A stretch of DNA of 64,000 bases, from the NCBI GenBank assembly GCA_023245355.1, contig JAHFKN010000001.1, positions 2,057-66,056 of the forward strand, read 5' to 3'. Under the pieces are notes generated by a model that worked only from the letters and a program-made list of their open reading frames with translations, had not been told where the DNA came from and did no database searches. Shown in pieces: positions 57,819 to 64,000 of this stretch. The translations under genes were made by a program, and so were the position numbers. The first letter of the stretch is position 1. Each line of letters starts with the position of its first letter. This stretch comes from Candidatus Gottesmanbacteria bacterium (lineage in GTDB: Bacteria > Patescibacteriota > Microgenomatia > UBA10105 > UBA927).

Positions 57819-58946
57819 CTATTCTTCCAGAGCCTGTTTCAGATCGTTTACTATATCGTCCGGGTGTTCCAGTCCAACGGACAGGCGAAACAAATGCATA
57901 TCCGGTCGAAACTGTTCCGAAACGTCAGACCAATCCATCATAGACGCCGGATGCTGAATAATTGTTTCGACGCCTCCGAATGAATGGCTTATCAGGATGA
58001 GTTTTAGTTTTTTTGCGACAGATGCGGAATCAACATCGTGTTTCAGTACGAAAGAAACAAGCTGTCCTTTCCCGGACATTTGCTGCCGCACCAATAGCCG
58101 TTCAGCAGGGGTGTGGATTCCCGGCGTCATCACGTGTGTGACAAGCGGATGGTGATTGAGCCATTTTGCAACGATTTTGGCGGTTTGCTGCTGAGCCTTC
58201 ATCCGCACGGGTGCTGTTTTTATACCGCGCAATATAAGCGATGCCGAAACAGGGTCCAATACAGAACCTGTGGTCTGGGCAAGAAACCGTAATCTATCTG
58301 CCAATTGTTTATCGTTTGTGCCTATGAATCCGCCGAGCGCATCACTATGACCATTGAGGCCCTTCGTAAGGCTTTCTACAACGATATCAGCGCCATGCAT
58401 CAACGGATTTTGCAGCACTCCCGAGCATATAGTCGTATCCACGGCAAGCAGAGCGCCGTTGGTGTGAGAAAGCGACGCTATTTTACTGATATCTAGCACC
58501 CGAAGCGACGGATTTGTCGGTGTTTCTATCCACACGAGCGCAGGTTTCATTGTTCGTATTTGTTCTTCGGCGAGTATCAGGTCATGGAAGTTGACGGGAA
58601 CGCCCGTTACTCCAAAGGGTCGCATGACCGTATGCAGAATGCGCCGCGTCCCCTCATATAATTCGGTGTGGTGCAGTATCGTGCTGTGTTGCGATAACAG
58701 CAGACACGTCATGGTGATTGCCGCTGACCCGTTTGTCGTGGCAATGCCAAACGCGGCATGATGGATGCCCGCTACTACACGCTCTAAATCAGCCCTTGTC
58801 CGGTTATGAATTCTCCCGTACTGCGGTCCTGTGTCAGAAGAGAGCGTATCCATGGCAAAAATAACCGACGTATGGATGGGGGTAACAATATCCCCATCGG
58901 GCATAACCGGATTGTTCTGCTGGACACAAAATGACTGCATTTTCAT
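57819..58946 (-). CDS. Cys/Met-metabolism PLP enzyme (cystathionine gamma-lyase/synthase family)
   Basis: YGR..N.T, ETPTNP.L...DI, SLTKGLNGHSD, SFGGVETII.HPA.M, RLSVGLE...D...DL.QAL. Confidence 0.88.
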   Translation of the reverse strand: MKMQSFCVQQNNPVMPDGDIVTPIHTSVIFAMDTLSSDTGPQYGRIHNRTRADLERVVAGIHHAAFGIATTNGSAAITMTCLLLSQHSTILHHTELYEGTRRILHTVMRPFGVTGVPVNFHDLILAEEQIRTMKPALVWIETPTNPSLRVLDISKIASLSHTNGALLAVDTTICSGVLQNPLMHGADIVVESLTKGLNGHSDALGGFIGTNDKQLADRLRFLAQTTGSVLDPVSASLILRGIKTAPVRMKAQQQTAKIVAKWLNHHPLVTHVMTPGIHTPAERLLVRQQMSGKGQLVSFVLKHDVDSASVAKKLKLILISHSFGGVETIIQHPASMMDWSDVSEQFRPDMHLFRLSVGLEHPDDIVNDLKQALEE

Positions 58947-58952
58947 ATGTGT

Positions 58953-59879
58953 TTACTCCTTTTTGGTAAGAACTATGTTGTGCCGCATGCACATAAGCGG
59001 CGGCGTATGACTGTCATTCCCGAACCTGCTTTTTAGATCACTGACGATAAACCCCAGGCGCTGCCAAAGGCCGATGTGATCCCCCAGCCCCCGGAACCAT
59101 TCCCCGTGTCCGTTTGGGTCTTCACCGAATACGACAAATCCGCCCGGGTGCTCAATTTCGATTAGTTTTCCCCGCACGCTTTCCATATCATTGCCGAATT
59201 CACGTTTAAATTGCGCCAAATCATATATATGATTTTGCAGTGCATCAGTGACGGCCGTGCTTTTTCGGGTGCCATGGGAAAGATCTATACCCTGCCGGTT
59301 TTCTGATATCGGCAACAATTCGCTTGTCGATATGTTGACGATAGACGTGCCACCCGGTTTAAGAATCCGGAATGTTTCCGCATCAATCTCCCTGTCAATA
59401 TTGGGAGGACAGCAGTTGCCGGTATGATCCCTGATGACAATGTCTACGGATCCGTCAGCTAGATCGGTATGGCGTGCATCGATAAGGTGCGGAAAAACGT
59501 GGGAAAGTGACTTTTCCCGTTTCAGCCTGCTCACCTCGTTTATAATATCCTCATCAATATCGATGATATGAAAGTTACTAAGCGTAGTGTTTAGCGCATG
59601 ATGGACAAAGCGCTGTGTATCTTCCACTCCGTCAACACTTGCAAGCCCCAGCATCGCAACCGAAAGCGGACGCCGGTTTATCCGCTTTGAGAGCAGATGA
59701 ATGCCGGACATTTCTGATAAAAGCTGCAGATTGAGGCCGACGGGCGGCGTCCGGTTCAGGAGTTCTTCTGACAAGCCCTCCGCATCCATACGCGCCCTCG
59801 TTTCTTCGTAACCGCTTGTTCTGCGTAATCCCCTACCGAACTCATTGCCCAACGACCGCGATATTTCTTTATCATTCAT
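58953..59879 (-). CDS. Class I SAM-dependent methyltransferase-like protein
   Basis: MLG, IIDID, DAR..DL.DGSVDIVI and FRILKPGG strands; GGAGG RBS. Confidence 0.6.
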   Translation of the reverse strand: MNDKEISRSLGNEFGRGLRRTSGYEETRARMDAEGLSEELLNRTPPVGLNLQLLSEMSGIHLLSKRINRRPLSVAMLGLASVDGVEDTQRFVHHALNTTLSNFHIIDIDEDIINEVSRLKREKSLSHVFPHLIDARHTDLADGSVDIVIRDHTGNCCPPNIDREIDAETFRILKPGGTSIVNISTSELLPISENRQGIDLSHGTRKSTAVTDALQNHIYDLAQFKREFGNDMESVRGKLIEIEHPGGFVVFGEDPNGHGEWFRGLGDHIGLWQRLGFIVSDLKSRFGNDSHTPPLMCMRHNIVLTKKE

Positions 59880-59918
59880 ATATACCTCCTAATCCGTGCT
59901 AAATATTAGGTACACGGG

Positions 59919-60003
59919 TGCTGAGGGGAGGATTCGAACCTCCGTAGCCCTTCCGGGCATCCCGTTTACAGCGGGACGCATTTGTCCACTTTGCTAACTC
60001 AGC
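59919..60003 (-). tRNA. tRNA-Tyr(GUA)
   Basis: Minus strand GCTGAG...TCCCG-CT-GTA-AA-CGGGA, long variable arm GCCC-GGAA-GGGC, GGTTCGAATCC, CTCAGC-A73. Confidence 0.93.
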
Positions 60004-60010
60004 TTTTTTA

Positions 60011-60066
60011 AAAACAAAAAACCCCGACCTCATCCCTGACTAGCTCAGGAACAAGGGCGGGGTTTT
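60011..60066 (-). terminator. Intrinsic terminator of the Tyr T-box leader
   Basis: AAAACCCCGCCCTTGTTCCTGA...TCAGGGGATGAGGTCGGGG followed by TTTTTTGTTTTT. Confidence 0.85.
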
Positions 60067-60345
60067 GACACCACGCGGTACCACCTTGGTTTGCTAAGGT
60101 ATTTTAGCCACAAAAAAACCGACCCAGAGGTCGGTTCTACCTTAGCCTCGTTTGTGAGCTCCGCAGATGGCGACACTCACATTCTGCTGTTACGGGCTTA
60201 CCCGGATCGGTTTACTTTTTCCTATTCAACCTTTCGGCTCCAGAGAGTATTTCGTAAGTAATTTATCGGGAGATCTTGCACCAACCGTCTCCTCTCTCTT
60301 GTCTCAAATTACCCGCTACTTCGTCTCTTTCTATGCCTTTCCTAT
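60011..60345 (-). promoter_or_regulatory. T-box riboswitch, Tyr-specific, with a canonical long Stem I
   Basis: T-box AAACCAAGG-TGGTACC-GCG (60074-60092) pairs with CGC-CCTT. Stem I carries AGTA, AGAGAG and GGTGCAA motifs and the specifier GAAA-TAC (60247-60249). Stem II AGTA and CCCGTAA elements present. The U in the bulge complements A73. Confidence 0.93.
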
Positions 60346-60361
60346 TCAATTGTTGATTGAA

Positions 60362-60390
60362 ACTGTATCATAATTTGTCATTTTTGTCAA
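60362..60390 (-). promoter_or_regulatory. Sigma70-type promoter of the T-box/tRNA-Tyr/tyrS operon
   Basis: TTGACA-17 nt-TACAGT with an extended TGn on the minus strand. Confidence 0.55.
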
Positions 60391-60401
60391 TCCTCGCTAC
60401 A

Positions 60402-63005
60402 ATGGATTCCGTGATAGAAATGTCAGATTTATTCAGTGAGAGGCAGAGGAGAAAGCTATTCGGCACTTCTGTGTCGCGCATAAAACTCTGGAGTATCGTA
60501 GCGTACGGCGGGTTTATCGGATTCGTTGTTCTCATATTATTTACCGGTATTTTATTTGCCTGGTATGCCAAAGATTTGCCCCGTCCCGACAAAGTACAGC
60601 GGCGTGAAGGACTCTCTACGGTCGTGCTCGACAGAAACGGAGAAAAGCTCTACGACATTTTCGAGGAAGCAAACCGGATACCGGCCAAATGGGATGAGAT
60701 ACCCCAATATTTAAAAGATGCGACGGTCGCCGTAGAAGACAAGGATTTCTACCGGCATCAGGGATTGTCCACGACAGGTATCATGCGCGGACTGTTGGCC
60801 TGCGTTTTTTTGCGGAGGTGTCAGGGAGGATCCACGCTGACACAGCAGCTGGTCAAAAACGTACTCCTGAGTCAGGAGCGTACGCTGCCGCGCAAGATGA
60901 AAGAGGCAGTGCTTGCCATTCAGATCGAGCGCAAATACAGCAAGAACGATATTCTTCTCATGTATCTGAACGAAGCTCCGTACGGAGGCACGGCGGTAGG
61001 GGTAAAAACTGCGGCCGAGCATTATTTTGACAAGCCGGTAAAAGATCTCTCTCTTATCCAGTCTGCGATTTTGGCCGGACTACCTCAGTCGCCGAGTTAC
61101 TATTCTCCCTTTACCGGTACGGAAGGAGCATATAAGGACCGCACGGCACATGTATTGCGCAGGATGCGAGAAGAAGGATTTATCACGCCGGCTCAGGAGA
61201 GCGAGGCCCGGAAACAAATGGACACTATAACATTTGCCGCCGGAGATGCCAGCCTGCGCGCACCGCATTTCGTCGCGTATATCAAAGAATTGTTAATTGA
61301 CCGGTTCGGCGAAAAACTGGTTAATGCCGGAGGTCTTACCGTTACGACGACGCTCGACTGGAAACTTCAGGAAGCAGCCCAGCTTGCCGTGAAAGAGGAA
61401 GTGGATAAAGCCAAAAAACTGAAAGTGAGTAACGGAGCTGCGGTCGTTTTGGATCCTGCTACCGGAGAAATCCTCGCTATGGTGGGAAGCAAAGATTACG
61501 CTGCAACAGACAGTTCAGGGCTCAAATTTAATGTCGTCACCCAGGGGTTACGCCAGCCGGGTTCTACCCTCAAGCCGATTATTTATGCGGCAGCGCTCAC
61601 ACGCGGGTACACGGCCTCGTCCATGCTGATGGACGTGGAAACGAAATATCCGTCCGGCGATCCTGCAAAACCTGAATACAATCCGAAAAATTATGATAAT
61701 AAATACCGCGGTCCCATGCAGCTCCGGTATGCGCTTGCCAATTCCATTAACACGATTGCGGTAAAAGTAGCTGCATTGGACGGAGTCAAAGACGTGCTGA
61801 AATTGGGCTACGCGATGGGACTTAAAACGTGGGAGCCCACTGATGAGAATTTGAAACGGGTCGGGCTGTCTCTGCCGCTGGGAGGAGCCGAGGTGACGAT
61901 GATGGATATGGCAACTGCCTACGGTGTATTAGCAACCGGAGGCAAGCGTATGGATTCCGTGGCCATTCTCAAAGTGGTGGATACAAGCGGGAAAACGCTG
62001 TATGAATATACTCCTGCTGCTGCCCGCGATGAGCTGGAGCCGGAAGTTTCCTTTATCATATCAAGCATATTATCCGATAATGACGCCCGCAAAGAAGTGT
62101 TCGGATTCAAATCCTACCTGGTTATTCCCGGTAAAACGGTAGCGGCCAAAACCGGTACGACGGATGACAAACGGGATAACTGGACGGCAGGATATACCAA
62201 GAACCGCGTCGTCGTGACGTGGGTAGGCAATAACGATAATACCCCGATGAGCCCGACGCTCGCCTCCGGTGTGACAGGGGCTGCTCCCATATGGAACCGG
62301 ATTATGCGCGAGGCACTCAAATCTATGACTGACCAGCCGTTTGACCGGCCCGACAATGTAATCGAAATGGATATCGACGCATTCGGCGGCGGGCTTCCGT
62401 TCGAAAATCAGCCGACCCGTAAGGAATTTTTTGTGAAAGGAACGGAGCCTACCGGTCCGGCAGCCATTTACCAGAAGCTCAAGATTTCCAGAAAAGATAC
62501 TAACAAACTCGCAAACAGCGTAGAAGTGGCAACCGGCGACTATGACGAAAAGCTTTTTATCGTTCTGCGTGAAGATGACCCCGTATCCGGTGACGGAAAA
62601 AACCGCTGGCAGGACGGTATCAACGCATGGATACAAACGGCCGACAGCAAATATAAGGCTCCGACGGAAACATACAGCGGCGGTGATTCCAATCAGGTCG
62701 TATTGCAGGTTAAAAAGCCCAATGATAATGAGCGGATAAACAACAATAATATAACGGTGGAAGCAACGGCTATTTCAACTGCCGATATCGAGCGGTTTGA
62801 AATTTTTGTCGACGGCAGTAAGGTGAAGGAAAAGAGCAATGAAAAATCTATTTCCGAATCGATAAACGTGCCGAACGGTTCACACATTATCAAGGTGAAA
62901 GCCATTGATAAGCGGGGTACCTCTGCGGAGCGGGAACTGCACGTAGGGATCAATCAGGATTATGCGGCACCGACATCCACTCCAACTCCTCTCCCTACTC
63001 CGTGA
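60402..63005 (+). CDS. Class A penicillin-binding protein (transglycosylase/transpeptidase) with an Ig-like C-terminus
   Basis: EDKDFY.H.G, QGGSTLTQQLVKN, RK..E, YLN; QPGSTLK (SxxK), SIN (SxN), KTGT. Confidence 0.95.
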   Translation: MDSVIEMSDLFSERQRRKLFGTSVSRIKLWSIVAYGGFIGFVVLILFTGILFAWYAKDLPRPDKVQRREGLSTVVLDRNGEKLYDIFEEANRIPAKWDEIPQYLKDATVAVEDKDFYRHQGLSTTGIMRGLLACVFLRRCQGGSTLTQQLVKNVLLSQERTLPRKMKEAVLAIQIERKYSKNDILLMYLNEAPYGGTAVGVKTAAEHYFDKPVKDLSLIQSAILAGLPQSPSYYSPFTGTEGAYKDRTAHVLRRMREEGFITPAQESEARKQMDTITFAAGDASLRAPHFVAYIKELLIDRFGEKLVNAGGLTVTTTLDWKLQEAAQLAVKEEVDKAKKLKVSNGAAVVLDPATGEILAMVGSKDYAATDSSGLKFNVVTQGLRQPGSTLKPIIYAAALTRGYTASSMLMDVETKYPSGDPAKPEYNPKNYDNKYRGPMQLRYALANSINTIAVKVAALDGVKDVLKLGYAMGLKTWEPTDENLKRVGLSLPLGGAEVTMMDMATAYGVLATGGKRMDSVAILKVVDTSGKTLYEYTPAAARDELEPEVSFIISSILSDNDARKEVFGFKSYLVIPGKTVAAKTGTTDDKRDNWTAGYTKNRVVVTWVGNNDNTPMSPTLASGVTGAAPIWNRIMREALKSMTDQPFDRPDNVIEMDIDAFGGGLPFENQPTRKEFFVKGTEPTGPAAIYQKLKISRKDTNKLANSVEVATGDYDEKLFIVLREDDPVSGDGKNRWQDGINAWIQTADSKYKAPTETYSGGDSNQVVLQVKKPNDNERINNNNITVEATAISTADIERFEIFVDGSKVKEKSNEKSISESINVPNGSHIIKVKAIDKRGTSAERELHVGINQDYAAPTSTPTPLPTP

Positions 63006-63011
63006 CGCAGA

Positions 63012-64000
63012 TCAGAGCGTTTTGAGTGATACGTTATATTGTGTCTGTGCAACTTCAATAAGTTTGTTCCGTACGGGAATAATTTCCTCTCCGGAAAGAT
63101 TCCGTTTCGGATCCTGATACGTGATATGAAAGGTTCTGGTATTTTTGTGGACATCCAACAGCGTTACGGCGTACACCAGCGGATGTGCATGTTGTAATGC
63201 ATCGATAAGCGGCCCTACCTGAAACCGGTCCGGTACGGTAAACGCCAGATCTTCAACAACCGGCGGGTATTTGGGGACAGGTATATATACTTTTGCCGCG
63301 TTGCTGCGTGCTGCCAGAGCGCCCACATCAAGATGCAGGACGGTTACCGGCGAACTGATGCCCAGGCGTTCCAATAATCCCCTGTGTAGCTGTCCGAGAG
63401 ACCCGAATTCAGCCAGGGAAAGGAAATTGTTGTCGTACCACAAGGCATGCTCTTTTTTTGGGTTGCTGCTGTCAGCGGGAAGTGGTATGCCGGAGAGCGC
63501 AAACAACGCCTCCGCAACCCCTTTTGCTTCGAGGAACGCGTTACTCGTCCATGCGACAATAAGCGTCGGGGATTCGATCGGCAAATCCTGCTTCCGGAAT
63601 GTGTACTGCATGCTCAGCTCAAACAGTTTCAGGTTGTTTTTGAGTTTGAGGTTTTCTCGGACAACCGGAAGCATCGTCATAAGTAAATCGGGCCGCATGT
63701 AGACCCATTCGCTGGAAAGCGGATTGGCTATTTTGTATGCATCGCCTGCGTCATAACCGAACATATGCATGCTTTCCTCCGGAACCATGGAATACGTAAT
63801 GCATTCGGTAAATCCCCAGTCACGCAGCCGTATTTTTATCTCCTCTTCGGTTTTGAGCTGCGTATCGGGAATAGTAACCGGAGGAGCGTGGTCAGGAAGT
63901 TTGGCTTCTATTGTGTGGTACCCATACACCCTGGCGATTTCTTCTATCACATCAACGTCGATTGTGACATCACGACGGAAACTCGGTACCGTTACCGTAA
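63012..64000 (-). CDS. pheT: Phenylalanyl-tRNA synthetase beta subunit, C-terminal part (start outside window)
   Basis: VPSFRRDV..DVDVIEEIARVYGY, NPLS.E..YMR, KYPPV.EDLAF (FDX-ACB domain). Confidence 0.93.
   Translation of the reverse strand, partial: TVTVPSFRRDVTIDVDVIEEIARVYGYHTIEAKLPDHAPPVTIPDTQLKTEEEIKIRLRDWGFTECITYSMVPEESMHMFGYDAGDAYKIANPLSSEWVYMRPDLLMTMLPVVRENLKLKNNLKLFELSMQYTFRKQDLPIESPTLIVAWTSNAFLEAKGVAEALFALSGIPLPADSSNPKKEHALWYDNNFLSLAEFGSLGQLHRGLLERLGISSPVTVLHLDVGALAARSNAAKVYIPVPKYPPVVEDLAFTVPDRFQVGPLIDALQHAHPLVYAVTLLDVHKNTRTFHITYQDPKRNLSGEEIIPVRNKLIEVAQTQYNVSLKTL

Overview
A 64-kb chromosomal segment, mostly housekeeping genes. The gene content and compact organisation suggest a Patescibacteria/CPR (Microgenomates-like) bacterium; this is an inference, not a taxonomic assignment. 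It contains a histidine biosynthesis operon (hisG-D-C-HAD-B-H-F-I-E-hisS, with no hisA), dnaB, tgt, yebC, a Xer-type recombinase, gyrB-ppa-gyrA, a type IV pilus cluster interrupted by two GT-C-type glycosyltransferase genes, trmD/rpsP/rnc/nusB/rpmF/recG, tyrS, a class A PBP, pheT and three tRNA genes. Two features stand out. (1) Two T-box riboswitches (His: specifier CAC, UGGG bulge; Tyr: specifier UAC, UGGU bulge) each have their own cognate tRNA gene as the first downstream gene, followed by the amino-acid or synthetase genes. (2) A ~1.2-kb non-coding region beside the xer gene contains a dif-like 11-6-11 site and a dense cluster of the octamer YAGCCTCR whose orientation flips across that site. 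All calls were made by eye from sequence motifs; no database searches were run.
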